Shown here: piece after piece, positions 7,979-17,515 of the stretch
How positions within the stretch are numbered: the stretch's first letter is position 1
How the letters are laid out: each line of letters starts with the position of its first letter
IMG/VR virus record: IMGVR_UViG_3300032307_000830
Coordinates: 526-64,525 of that record
Reading direction: 5' to 3' (one strand)
Length of the DNA: 64,000 nt
Origin: a virus
Taxonomy: Duplodnaviria > Caudoviricetes
Translations under genes and position numbers: made by a program
Notes under the pieces: model-generated
What the model saw: the letters and a program-made list of their open reading frames with translations, nothing else
Database searches by the model: none
Told to the model about the DNA's origin: nothing

Positions 7979-10729
7979 TTAATTTGCGAATATGGCCGCA
8001 ACATCGTTATCTTTATTTTTATCTTTTTTATCGACAATTGAATAACCAGGTAGGTGTTTTGTATAAACTTTGGTTGACATCGCACCGTGTAATCCAGCTA
8101 CTTTAGTCATCCATAAATCAAACGCATCCCATTTACAAGTTTCAAACTTCTCAACAAAAGTAGGTAATTTTTCTCTATTAATCAAGTAAGATTGTGCTGG
8201 TGCGAAGATACTTAGGTTTAATAATAAATCTTCTCTTTGACCCTCATATCTTTCAGCAACATAGTTACCAAAACCAACCATATCAACATTTTCTTCCTTA
8301 GCCAATTGAGACCATCTGATCAAATTATCGTATAGTTCCTGATATGGACTATCAATGATAACGTCACCTTCAAAAACAAGTACAAAATCGTATTTATCAT
8401 TATCTGGTAATGTGATACCATTTTTATGTGCCAAGAAACAACCATAATGGCCTGGAGACAATTTAAAATATCCTGGTTCTGGCGCAACATCGTGAGGTCT
8501 GTTACAAGTATCAGCTGGTGGTAGATCTTTGTAGATTACGTTAACTTGCTCGTAGTACTCAACGTTATCAAAATTACTAGCGAAGTCTTTTAATGAAAAA
8601 GCTGATCTAAGTTCTTTTTGATTCGTTGTTGGTTCTGTTACCAAGTGAACAATTCTAATCTTAGGTTTACCATCATTTTCACCTTTTAATAAATCCACAG
8701 TATTAATATCACCATTATATGTGAACATACCGTTATTTGGTAATTTTGTTGTTAAATAATCATTATCAACTTCAATTGATTTATACTCAATAAATTGTTT
8801 GGTGTCTTTATCGAAAGAAGAGTACTCGATAAGATATTTAGCATCTTCACTCAAATCAAAATTAACAATGCGGTACCAAGCACCTTTACCTGTAACGGTT
8901 AATTGTTCTTCGTGTAATAAAGAATCGTTTTTGTTAATTTTTATATTAATAATACGGCTATCTATTGAATTTGAGACCTGGAAATACGTGACAAATGTAT
9001 TTGGTATGTTGCTAGGTAATAAAGTAAAATATTCTACCCTAGAATAGTCCCTATGGTGAAAATTTGTTGCGATTTCTGTCTTAAAAATCTCTTCACCAAC
9101 TAATTCGATCTCATTTAACTTATCTTTAAACGCGAAATACATTAAATTTTCATAACCATTGCTATGGGAACCCCATTTATGTCTTAAATTTTCATAATCA
9201 TCCGCGTTAAAAACTCGATCTACATTATTCAAGTAAAACTCTGGTTTAATACCCATAAAGAATGTTGTGACAGAATGGCCTTCAGCATTATTAGGCATAT
9301 CACCAAAATACGCTGATTTTTTATTCAACACACTTGAGATGTTATCTAAATACGCGTCATTTTTTAACACGTAATCGTAATTAAGGAAATAAACTTTTTC
9401 AAAACCCAGTTCATGAGCTAAAGCGGCACCGTTATAGTAGTTTGTATAGCAAGTTGGTCCGTGATAAACATCATTACCTTCACCCCTTAAATTAACAAAT
9501 GCGAAAAAATCGCCTTCACCGTATCTACTTTGGGAGTAAAAGGTGTGTTTTGTTAAAATATTGTTTTTATCGTAAATACAATAATCAACTAGATTTTGTA
9601 AATCTGGTGAAATAGGTAAATGTGATGTTAAAATAACTTTTCTACCTGTTTTTTTTGCAGCTAAAATACACTCAACAGTGGTATCAAAAGAACTTTTTGT
9701 TGTTGGGTAAGTTGATATGATCACAGCCTCATTCGATCTGTTAATATCCAATGCTGTATTTACTTCATAACCCGATTCAAGTGTATTTTTAATTATTTCA
9801 CAGTTTTTGTTAAAATCTGTGAAGTCCAAGTAATTAACATTATCGAATTTATCAAAATAGTTTAAATAAACATTTAAATTGTAAATTAAAATAGGTAAAT
9901 TCCATGAAATTGCTTCACGAATAACTAATGGCATTGTTTCTTTATCGTTATCCGTTCCTCTAGAAGTAAATAGGAATAAATCCATAGCCTGATAGAATCT
10001 ATCCACATCTTTTCTTTCACCGTGCCAAACAACATTACTTGGTTTATCAATCATGAGCGGTTCCCAGTAATGGGCGAAGTTACCCGCTTGATTTCCAACT
10101 GAATGGAAAACATATTCTGGTAAAGATTTAGCGTATTCGAAAAATTCTTTCTGATTTTTTCTTGGTGTGAATAAACCTACGTGTAAAACATGTTTCTTAC
10201 TAGGATCTAAACCAAGATCTTTCAAAGCATCTTCTCTATTTGGCCTTTGTTTATATTCAATAGGGTACTCAACTAAAACTTTTGGGATATCGATTGATTC
10301 GTATTGTTTGATTTGCCAATTTGACACAAACATGAATTTATCTGGGAAGAATTTTTTTTGTGTTGCATCGTATGATGAATCATGTGACGTTTCAACAATT
10401 ATATAACCCCTATCTTTTTTATAGAGTTCCTTTGCAACATCAAAATCCATAAAATACTCTGGGATTTCTTCTAAATGGACAATATCAGGAGAAATATTAT
10501 TAATAATATTAATTAATTCCATTTTATTTTCCTCTAGAGTAAAGAATTTATCTCTAGCAACCATAGAAGTTATTTTATCGCGCTGTACGACAAGAACACC
10601 ACCAGTGTGATTCGACCATTCAACTACGTAGATATCAAAAGTATCCCTAAGTAATTCAATTTTTTTGGTTAAATATTGTGGTAAGCCACCTGTGGATAAA
10701 TGCGGTGCTACATAAAGTAATTTTTTCAT
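7979..10729 (-). CDS. Multidomain glycosyltransferase (N-terminal GT4, central unknown GT-A-like region, C-terminal GT25-like domain)
   Basis: PHLSTGGLPQ, RKNQ and ETMPLVIREA (GT4). GHYGCFLAH...VFEGDV (GT25-like). Confidence 0.8.
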   Translation of the reverse strand: MKKLLYVAPHLSTGGLPQYLTKKIELLRDTFDIYVVEWSNHTGGVLVVQRDKITSMVARDKFFTLEENKMELINIINNISPDIVHLEEIPEYFMDFDVAKELYKKDRGYIIVETSHDSSYDATQKKFFPDKFMFVSNWQIKQYESIDIPKVLVEYPIEYKQRPNREDALKDLGLDPSKKHVLHVGLFTPRKNQKEFFEYAKSLPEYVFHSVGNQAGNFAHYWEPLMIDKPSNVVWHGERKDVDRFYQAMDLFLFTSRGTDNDKETMPLVIREAISWNLPILIYNLNVYLNYFDKFDNVNYLDFTDFNKNCEIIKNTLESGYEVNTALDINRSNEAVIISTYPTTKSSFDTTVECILAAKKTGRKVILTSHLPISPDLQNLVDYCIYDKNNILTKHTFYSQSRYGEGDFFAFVNLRGEGNDVYHGPTCYTNYYNGAALAHELGFEKVYFLNYDYVLKNDAYLDNISSVLNKKSAYFGDMPNNAEGHSVTTFFMGIKPEFYLNNVDRVFNADDYENLRHKWGSHSNGYENLMYFAFKDKLNEIELVGEEIFKTEIATNFHHRDYSRVEYFTLLPSNIPNTFVTYFQVSNSIDSRIINIKINKNDSLLHEEQLTVTGKGAWYRIVNFDLSEDAKYLIEYSSFDKDTKQFIEYKSIEVDNDYLTTKLPNNGMFTYNGDINTVDLLKGENDGKPKIRIVHLVTEPTTNQKELRSAFSLKDFASNFDNVEYYEQVNVIYKDLPPADTCNRPHDVAPEPGYFKLSPGHYGCFLAHKNGITLPDNDKYDFVLVFEGDVIIDSPYQELYDNLIRWSQLAKEENVDMVGFGNYVAERYEGQREDLLLNLSIFAPAQSYLINREKLPTFVEKFETCKWDAFDLWMTKVAGLHGAMSTKVYTKHLPGYSIVDKKDKNKDNDVAAIFAN

Positions 10730-10749
10730 AAATCTTTTTCTTAACTATA

Positions 10750-10757
10750 CAAATATA
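10750..10757 (-). promoter_or_regulatory. Bacteroidota-type -7 promoter element
   Basis: TATATTTG ~20 nt upstream of ORF 10729, the head of the GT operon. Confidence 0.55.
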
Positions 10758-10781
10758 GTAATAAAGGAAAGAAATATAAAC

Positions 10782-10810
10782 AAAAAAGGGTGGAAAAAAT
10801 CCACCCTTTT
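10782..10810 (-). terminator. Rho-independent terminator after major capsid gene
   Basis: aaaagggtgga-aaaa-tccaccctttt hairpin with U-tract on the minus strand. Confidence 0.85.
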
Positions 10811-10832
10811 CAGAATTAATGTAACCCTAAGA

Positions 10833-12413
10833 TTATCTTAAACCAGTGATACCGAAGCTAACGATATTTTTACACTTGATTACACCATAGAAACGGTTGT
10901 TAACCATTTTCTTAGCGTAACGAGTCATAATACCCTTAACTGGTGCAAAGGTGAATGGGTTGTACATTGTAGGAGTTAATTGCATTGGCACGTATGGTGC
11001 GTAGATGTAACCTGTATCCAACAAAGATGTACCTTTGTGACCCATCAAGATTGTATCAGCTGGGAAGTAAGGATCACGGTAAACTTGGTATCTTCCACCC
11101 AATGAACCGATTCTCTCGATACCCATGTTATATTTGTCTTGCTCAGGAGCAGCGTTAGATACGTGGAAGTATTCTAAGTCGTCCAAGATAGCAGAAACTT
11201 CAGCAGAAACTACGATCCAGTTAGCACCACCTCTTAAGGTAGCTTTGTGGATTTGTGCAGAAACTTGGTTGATCGCAGTGATCAAAGTTTGGTTCCATTC
11301 TTTTTGAGTATAGAAACCGTTTGTTGCAGATAAACCACCTGTGTTAACTCTTGAACCAGAGTAATCCCAAGTCATTCTCCATGCAGCACCTCTACGTAAG
11401 TCACGTAAAATTTCACGGTCAATCTCAGCAGCAACTTGCTCAGACAATAAAGCTGTCAATTCAGCTTCTGCATCAATGTTATGGAACGCTGATACGTCTT
11501 GAGCTAATTCTGGAGACCATTGAGCTCTTAACTTTCTTTCGATAACAGAAACTGTTACAGACTTAAGTTCGAAGCTAACTTCACCCATTTGATCATTGTA
11601 CTCTAAAGATTCGTATTCTTTAGCTGTTACTGTTAAACCAGTTAATGGTAATGCCACAGAAGAACTGTTGTTAACAACAGCGATGTAAACAACACCTTGT
11701 GAATCCATGATTGAGTTACCATATTTTTGAGCTGGTAAATAGAAATCGAAATCAGCGTTAGCTGTAGCTGAAGTGATTGCCAAAGTAGACATAACTTCTT
11801 CAGCATTTTCCCAGTTGCTAATAGTTGCAGCGAAGTCAACTTTAATGATTTCTGTTGAACCTGTTGGAATTGAAGTACCAGATTTAGTAGCGTAACCACT
11901 TGCTGCTGATGAACTAAACTGGAATAAGCTAGATGTAGTTGTTGAACCTGTTAATACAGCAGCTTCACCTTTAGAAGTGTCATAAAGACCGTTTTCGCCA
12001 TAGAAAGCGTCATAAAGGTTAGGGCTAACTGAAGTACCAGCTGGGTCAATACCAGCAGCTCCTGAAGCAAATGCTGAATTTTCCAATTTAGGTACGAAGT
12101 AGAACAATTTACCAATAGGTAAGTTCAACGCTTGTACTGAAACGATTTCGTTAGCTAATAATTTAGAGAATACTCTTCTCACGATTGGGAATACCACAGT
12201 TTCGAAAGAACCTTCGTTACCTAAAGCAACTGATTCATTAAGCATGTAAGATGCTTGGTTTTCGAATAATTGTGCGATATTCTCTTTTCTGTGACCACCT
12301 AAGCCTTCTAAAAGACCTAAGCTATCCCATCTGTTAATTACGTCAGTACGTACAGCTTTCAAGTGATTTAAGCTTACGTTACCAACTTTTCCTGATTCTA
12401 ATAATGCTCCCAT
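10833..12413 (-). CDS. Major capsid protein (T4 gp23-like)
   Basis: FPIVRRVF, VSVQAL, RKLRAQWSPELAQD..AFHNIDAEAELTALLSEQVAAEIDREI, YAPYVP, GIMTRY. Confidence 0.97.
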   Translation of the reverse strand: MGALLESGKVGNVSLNHLKAVRTDVINRWDSLGLLEGLGGHRKENIAQLFENQASYMLNESVALGNEGSFETVVFPIVRRVFSKLLANEIVSVQALNLPIGKLFYFVPKLENSAFASGAAGIDPAGTSVSPNLYDAFYGENGLYDTSKGEAAVLTGSTTTSSLFQFSSSAASGYATKSGTSIPTGSTEIIKVDFAATISNWENAEEVMSTLAITSATANADFDFYLPAQKYGNSIMDSQGVVYIAVVNNSSSVALPLTGLTVTAKEYESLEYNDQMGEVSFELKSVTVSVIERKLRAQWSPELAQDVSAFHNIDAEAELTALLSEQVAAEIDREILRDLRRGAAWRMTWDYSGSRVNTGGLSATNGFYTQKEWNQTLITAINQVSAQIHKATLRGGANWIVVSAEVSAILDDLEYFHVSNAAPEQDKYNMGIERIGSLGGRYQVYRDPYFPADTILMGHKGTSLLDTGYIYAPYVPMQLTPTMYNPFTFAPVKGIMTRYAKKMVNNRFYGVIKCKNIVSFGITGLR

Positions 12414-12459
12414 TTTAGTAATTTTTTTTTAAGTTTGTTTTATTAATTATTATTTAATT

Positions 12460-13698
12460 TTAGATTTTACCGATGATCTCACGAATTCTATCCAATTGTG
12501 GGTTCGTATAAGCAGTTGATTCATTTAATTTTGATGAACCGCTAGCTTTTGGAGTTTCCATAATTTTTTCTTCAACCATCTGTTTAGTTGCAGTTTTGTT
12601 CGAACTAAATTGTGACTGCATTGAATTAAAGATTTCTCTAGATTCGTTTAAGTTTTTAGCTCCATCGAATCTTTTAAGGATTTCTAATTTTTCATCCTTA
12701 GTTGTAGAGTTTTCAGTAATCAATTTAATCGCGTATGTTAAATTAGACGAAAACAAGGCAACCTCTTGTAACTGAGACTTAAGATTTTTAATAGCAGATT
12801 TATAATCAGCTTCAGAACCTTTAAATTCTTCGGCTAAAGTTTTAAAACCTTCTAACTCTTTAGTCTTTTTATTATTTTCAGCCACTATTTCTTGGTATTT
12901 TTTTCTCATGACAACCAAGCTTTCATGTAACTCTTTTTCTTTTGAATTTTCGTTGGTCTCTGTAGCTTCTTCAGCAACAGTTTCTTCAACTTTTTCAGCC
13001 TCGTTAGTTTTTTCTTCCTTTTCAGTGGACATCTCTGCTAATGCAGCTGCGTCTTCTTCACTGATTTCGATTTCAAAAACAGGCTCTTCTTCTTTGATCA
13101 TTTCATCGGCAGTCTCTTCGAGTTTCTCAACAGCATCTTTAGTAGCCATAGGGTGTTCATCACCGTATTCATCTACTTTACCTTCTTCTTCGAGTTTCTC
13201 AACAGCATCTTTAGTTGCCATAGGGTGTTCATCACCGTATTCAGCTAAATCCTCTGCTGGTAACGTCTCTTCAGAACCTTCTTTAGATTCTTCATCAGAA
13301 GCTGGGTTAATGTTGATCTGTAAACCACCCTCAGGTGTTTGCACGATTTCGATTTCGTCAGCGGGTTCCATGAGTTCGAAATGTTTAATAACTTCCTCAT
13401 CCGATTTGTCGGTTAAGTCGATAACTTCCTCACCTTCTTCACCAGAAAGATCGGTTGCGTCACCACCCATACCGCCATCGTTATTATCCGCTTGATCTAA
13501 ATCACCAGGTAGTTCAGCACCTGGCATGTCATTTGTAGACTCTTCGTCATCAATACCTTCTTGAAGGTTATTTTTGACAATTTCTTCTAGTTCCTCTTTA
13601 AGGGTACTCTTTAACGCATGGTTAGCATTTTTAGAGACAGCCTCTCTTAGTTCTTGAATTTCAGCGAGAGTCTCTGCTAAAATATTTGTTTTGCTCAT
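12460..13698 (-). CDS. Prohead core/scaffold protein (gp22-like)
   Basis: Acidic coiled-coil protein directly upstream of the capsid gene, with many (L/I)xE protease sites. Confidence 0.75.
   Translation of the reverse strand: MSKTNILAETLAEIQELREAVSKNANHALKSTLKEELEEIVKNNLQEGIDDEESTNDMPGAELPGDLDQADNNDGGMGGDATDLSGEEGEEVIDLTDKSDEEVIKHFELMEPADEIEIVQTPEGGLQININPASDEESKEGSEETLPAEDLAEYGDEHPMATKDAVEKLEEEGKVDEYGDEHPMATKDAVEKLEETADEMIKEEEPVFEIEISEEDAAALAEMSTEKEEKTNEAEKVEETVAEEATETNENSKEKELHESLVVMRKKYQEIVAENNKKTKELEGFKTLAEEFKGSEADYKSAIKNLKSQLQEVALFSSNLTYAIKLITENSTTKDEKLEILKRFDGAKNLNESREIFNSMQSQFSSNKTATKQMVEEKIMETPKASGSSKLNESTAYTNPQLDRIREIIGKI
13115..13243. repeat. 57-nt direct repeat, period 72 nt, one mismatch (encodes EYGDEHPMATKDAVEKLEE twice)
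   Basis: Copies at 13115-13171 and 13187-13243. Confidence 0.95.
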
Positions 13699-13741
13699 GT
13701 TTTAATTTATTAAAAAATTATTATGATAGATTATCTTAGTA

Positions 13742-13748
13742 ATAAATA
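13742..13748 (-). promoter_or_regulatory. Putative late promoter TATTTAT
   Basis: Motif recurs on the coding strand upstream of most structural genes. Confidence 0.6.
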
Positions 13749-13808
13749 CTATCAAAAAAGCAAAAAGACTAAAAAATTATAAAAAACCCCATAATTAAAG
13801 GTTATAAC

Positions 13809-13839
13809 AAAAAAAAAGTCACCCATAAAGAGTGACTTT
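13809..13839 (-). terminator. Rho-independent terminator
   Basis: aaagtcac-ccataaaga-gtgacttt hairpin with A-tract (U-tract on the minus strand). Confidence 0.7.
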
Positions 13840-13861
13840 CATATAATATTTTGTTATTTTT

Positions 13862-14101
13862 TTATTCGGCGTTGATGTCAACTCCTTCAGGAACAATAAC
13901 TCTAACGAATCTTGATTCATCGATTTTTAAGATTCTGTATTCACCCATAATACCCTCTAAATCCTTGATTACAGAGGCTTCCGCGTCTGTTACGGAAATC
14001 GCTTTAGTTAAATAGTTCTCTTTAACTTTCTTAATTTTACCCGTTTGCTCGTCTTCAACAAGAAACTGAATTGTAACTGTGTACCAATAATATGTTTTCA
14101 T
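13862..14101 (-). CDS. DUF4494-like small protein (Bacteroidota family)
   Basis: W...I....E..GK.KKV.E.YL..A.S.TDAEA pattern recalled for DUF4494. Confidence 0.7.
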   Translation of the reverse strand: MKTYYWYTVTIQFLVEDEQTGKIKKVKENYLTKAISVTDAEASVIKDLEGIMGEYRILKIDESRFVRVIVPEGVDINAE

Positions 14102-14155
14102 AAAAAAATTTTTTTAATTGCTACAATTCTAGGTATAATTAGGGTAAAAGTCAAA

Positions 14156-14902
14156 TTAAAACTTCAAAAATTTGTTTAACTTAGCAACTAAATCTTCTTT
14201 TGAATCGGTTCCGATGTATTTTTCACCAGTTGCACGGTTAACACCTTTAGTCTCTTCTATCTCTTTTGGTTGGTTTAAAACTTCATCATATTTGTTGAAG
14301 TCATTCGCATCTTTATAAAGATATGAGCCTGGTGTCGATGGTGATGATACGATATCCCAACAAATTAATTCAAAATCGTCTTGTACAACATTCTTACCAT
14401 TAATCTTTTTAAGGCTACCAACTCCTCTAGATGAGATACCTAAAGTCATACCATAACCTAAGTAATGTGCAACTAAATCACCATTACAAGATATAACACC
14501 ACTTCTTCTAAAACCTTCTGAAACTAATATCTCCAATTTACCAATAAGGACATTATCTTTCCAGAACATATCAACTATTCTATGTGGTGACCCACCTTTA
14601 AGTGATATAACCGATTCTTGTGGGTGATCCAATTCATGGAAGCTAGAGTTTCTAGCGATAACCTCTCTATATCTTTCAACTTCTCTTTTTAAGATATCTT
14701 CTGGATAAACTCTACCATTTCTGTTCTCAACGCCATATTTTTGTAATGTAGCGTAATAATATATTGGACCTGATAAATCTATGGCTCCGCTAAAATCTTC
14801 GTTTATAATCTGACTCTGTAAACCTTCAGATACGGACCCAGCATCGCCTTCAACTAAAATACCAAAACCCTCTTCGTTTTCTTTTAAAATTTTTATCCCC
14901 AT
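14156..14902 (-). CDS. Prohead protease (T4 gp21-like)
   Basis: NRNGRVYP, ELDHP, GISSRGVGSL, WDIVSSPSTPGS. Confidence 0.95.
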   Translation of the reverse strand: MGIKILKENEEGFGILVEGDAGSVSEGLQSQIINEDFSGAIDLSGPIYYYATLQKYGVENRNGRVYPEDILKREVERYREVIARNSSFHELDHPQESVISLKGGSPHRIVDMFWKDNVLIGKLEILVSEGFRRSGVISCNGDLVAHYLGYGMTLGISSRGVGSLKKINGKNVVQDDFELICWDIVSSPSTPGSYLYKDANDFNKYDEVLNQPKEIEETKGVNRATGEKYIGTDSKEDLVAKLNKFLKF

Positions 14903-14921
14903 TGCTATATGAATATATCTA

Positions 14922-14928
14922 ATAAATA
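14922..14928 (-). promoter_or_regulatory. Putative late promoter TATTTAT
   Basis: 19 nt upstream of the protease start. Confidence 0.6.
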
Positions 14929-14953
14929 TAGCGAAAACATGTTAAATACCATT

Positions 14954-15883
14954 TTAGTCCTCAGAAAGATCAAATCCGATTCTATCATCAGCTATTTTGG
15001 ATTTTTTGAGTCTTTTAATTGTGTCGGTATAATCGTTTTTAAGGATGTATAAAGAAATGAAAGTTTCTTTAAGGTGAGCCATTGTATATTTATCTGTATC
15101 TTTTACTAATTTATCGATATCGTATAATTTCTTATCCTCATCTGTTAGTATCGATTCAAAGTATAATTTTCTATCCTCAGCATTAGGTTTTTCGATTTTG
15201 TATTTCTTGTCGAATCTTGATGGTCTATCTTTAATTCTATCAGGTATTCTATCCAGATTGTTGGTTGTTGCGACATAAACCACATTATCGATCGAATTTA
15301 GGCCATCCAAGAAATTTAAAAACACCTCTTCACCAAACTTATCGATAACTAAATCTAAGTCTTCGATAATACATAACAAAGGTCTTTCTTTTTCGACCTT
15401 TCTAACCAATTTAGCCAACTCGACCCAGTTGAACGGATTATCAAAGTATATTGAGATGCCGTCATATTTTTTAAGTTCGTCAACTAGTAAATGTATTAGT
15501 GATGTTTTACCACAACCAGGGTCCCCATATAATATTATACCGCGTTTAGGTGTTAGATTATATGTCCTAAACCTTTCAATGTTATCCCAGAATATTTTTA
15601 AATCTGTTATGATCTGATTATGTGGTAAAGAAGGTAAATGAAAAAACTCATCACTTTTATAATTCAACTTAGAGATACCGAAACCGTTACCTTCATTATA
15701 TATCATGGTATAAAGGCCAGACTCTACAGTAGCAACCGTCTTGAAATTAAAATAGAAATCAGTGTTGTTTATTGTGTACCAAGATTCAATTGATGGTAGT
15801 ATTCTCTGTAAATGATCGTTCATGATCTCAATACCCTCTTCTAGAGGTATTTCTTCATATTCAAAGTCTTCGTGTTCTGGCAT
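14954..15883 (-). CDS. AAA+ ATPase
   Basis: Walker A GDPGCGKT, Walker B IIEDLD, FLNFLDG, ATTN, RPSRFD. Confidence 0.92.
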   Translation of the reverse strand: MPEHEDFEYEEIPLEEGIEIMNDHLQRILPSIESWYTINNTDFYFNFKTVATVESGLYTMIYNEGNGFGISKLNYKSDEFFHLPSLPHNQIITDLKIFWDNIERFRTYNLTPKRGIILYGDPGCGKTSLIHLLVDELKKYDGISIYFDNPFNWVELAKLVRKVEKERPLLCIIEDLDLVIDKFGEEVFLNFLDGLNSIDNVVYVATTNNLDRIPDRIKDRPSRFDKKYKIEKPNAEDRKLYFESILTDEDKKLYDIDKLVKDTDKYTMAHLKETFISLYILKNDYTDTIKRLKKSKIADDRIGFDLSED

Positions 15884-16307
15884 TTGATTTTTTTGAAAAG
15901 TAACTTAATTTATTTTGTTCTAAGGATTCAATTATAAGATTAGACAACTCACGCATTTTTTTAAACATTAAAGGTGAATTAAATTTAATTTTTTCTTCTG
16001 GATAAACGGTTAGCTCAATAAACATGAAGCTTTTTTTATCATCTGACATGCCAGAGGCCCTTAGATCTAAGTCAACGATAAAATTTTGTTTGAAATACAC
16101 CTTATCAATTTTATCTTTTACGTTAACTATTATTTGTTTACGCATTAATCTTATATAAGATTCGTAGTTCTCTATATCCTTTGGTTGAACCCACGATTCC
16201 ACGTTTATATAAACAGCGTTTAATTTTACAGCATCTATGGTGCCGTATTTAACTCGAAATCTCTCGTCTGTGAAGAGTTTCTTTTCTTTCCCGAATTTGC
16301 ATTGCAT
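15861..16307 (-). CDS. Hypothetical protein
   Basis: 148-aa ORF overlapping the next gene's start, typical codon usage. Confidence 0.7.
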   Translation of the reverse strand: MQCKFGKEKKLFTDERFRVKYGTIDAVKLNAVYINVESWVQPKDIENYESYIRLMRKQIIVNVKDKIDKVYFKQNFIVDLDLRASGMSDDKKSFMFIELTVYPEEKIKFNSPLMFKKMRELSNLIIESLEQNKLSYFSKKSNARTRRL

Positions 16308-16388
16308 TTGCTTTAATCATATTTTAAAATATATTTATTGTTAGGTGATAATAATAGTAAAAAAAAGTTACTAAAGCAAATTTTCAGA

Positions 16389-16395
16389 TATTTAT
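16389..16395 (+). promoter_or_regulatory. Putative late promoter TATTTAT
   Basis: gaTATTTATa upstream of the plus-strand membrane gene. Confidence 0.55.
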
Positions 16396-16428
16396 ATAAA
16401 AATAAAAACAAATCAAATAGTATTAATC

Positions 16429-16674
16429 ATGAAAAAATTTATTAACGACTTATTGTCAGGTCAAAGTGAGACATCTAGTAAAAGATTCGCAGCTTTATTT
16501 ACGCTATTGAACGTTATTATCCTAGCTTATGTTGCTACATTTAGAAACCCAGAAGGTACACCAGAGTATATGTACGATGCATTGTGCCTTATAGCTGGTG
16601 GTGGCTTAGGTTTAACGGTTATTGAAAAGATTTTCAGTAAAAAAGGTGGTTCTGATAACACACCTAAAGAATAA
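16429..16674 (+). CDS. Small two-TM membrane protein, possible holin
   Basis: SSKRF followed by two hydrophobic helices and a charged C-terminus; late-type promoter. Confidence 0.55.
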   Translation: MKKFINDLLSGQSETSSKRFAALFTLLNVIILAYVATFRNPEGTPEYMYDALCLIAGGGLGLTVIEKIFSKKGGSDNTPKE

Positions 16675-16725
16675 AATATTCCGCTATAAGCGGTGTTTTA
16701 GGACCGTTCCAGTTATGGGACAAAA

Positions 16726-16760
16726 AAAGCCAGGATTCGCTACCCTGGCTTTACTTTTTT
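16726..16760. terminator. Bidirectional terminator hairpin
   Basis: aaagccagg-attcgctac-cctggcttt flanked by A- and T-tracts, between convergent genes. Confidence 0.75.
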
Positions 16761-16772
16761 ATGTAGATTTTT

Positions 16773-17486
16773 TTATTCGAAACTTTTCTTAAGGTCGATA
16801 ATGTTATCGATGGTTTCGAGAGATGGTTTTTCATTTTTCATCTCATTTAGTTTTGTTCTAACCTCTAATAATTTTTTAACGATTATAATATCATCAGCGT
16901 TATTAATTGTTTGCTCAACAACATTTTGTGTACTTTCGATCAAATTACTGTAATAACTATTAATAGCTGACTCATCGTTTTCCGCGAATAAATTTAAAAC
17001 TTTAACTTGTTCCTCATTTAACTTGGAGATTTTATCTGTCAAACTATTATTGATTTTTTCAATTGATTCAGTTAATGACTCAGCCGATTTTTCAACTCTT
17101 GTTAGATGTTTGATTAGGTTTGTTTTGTGTTTAACTTTTTCAACCAAGGAAAGTTTTTTACCAAAAACAAGTTGGTCGATGCTTTCATTAACAGTACCTT
17201 CAATAGATATCTCTTCCTCTGTCAAACCTTTAAGCTTATCAACATCAGATAAATTGAATGATCTTAAGTGGCTTATTGATTCCTCAACAAATTCCTTAGC
17301 GATTGACTCATCCTCAAACCTCATAGTGTTTAATAAATCATATACCTCGGTAAACTCTCTTAACGTATTATTTTCTTTTAAAACTTTAACGTATTTGGCA
17401 AAAGATTCTTTAAAATCCTTTTCACCTTTATTCTGATAAGTCTTTTCTAAGTTTGAAAGTATGCTTTCTTTTAATTGTCCAAACAT
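16773..17486 (-). CDS. Hypothetical helical protein, possible head/core component
   Basis: Downstream of the portal gene. Own TATTTAT at 17503-17509. LKES/LKEN/LTEE/VNES/LTES/LIES motifs. Confidence 0.65.
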   Translation of the reverse strand: MFGQLKESILSNLEKTYQNKGEKDFKESFAKYVKVLKENNTLREFTEVYDLLNTMRFEDESIAKEFVEESISHLRSFNLSDVDKLKGLTEEEISIEGTVNESIDQLVFGKKLSLVEKVKHKTNLIKHLTRVEKSAESLTESIEKINNSLTDKISKLNEEQVKVLNLFAENDESAINSYYSNLIESTQNVVEQTINNADDIIIVKKLLEVRTKLNEMKNEKPSLETIDNIIDLKKSFE

Positions 17487-17515
17487 TTTTTTAATTTTAA
17501 TTATAAATAGTTTTA

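Noticed and set aside
4181-10729. Bacterial LPS/capsule island (host contamination or prophage flank)
   Set aside because: The genes are interleaved with capsid and fibre genes, share composition and promoter style with them, and lack the transporters or flippases of cellular loci.
12908-13495. 195-aa Ser-rich plus-strand ORF and the many other 60-180 aa antisense ORFs in the track
   Set aside because: They lie opposite well-supported genes and show the composition expected of reverse-complement frames.
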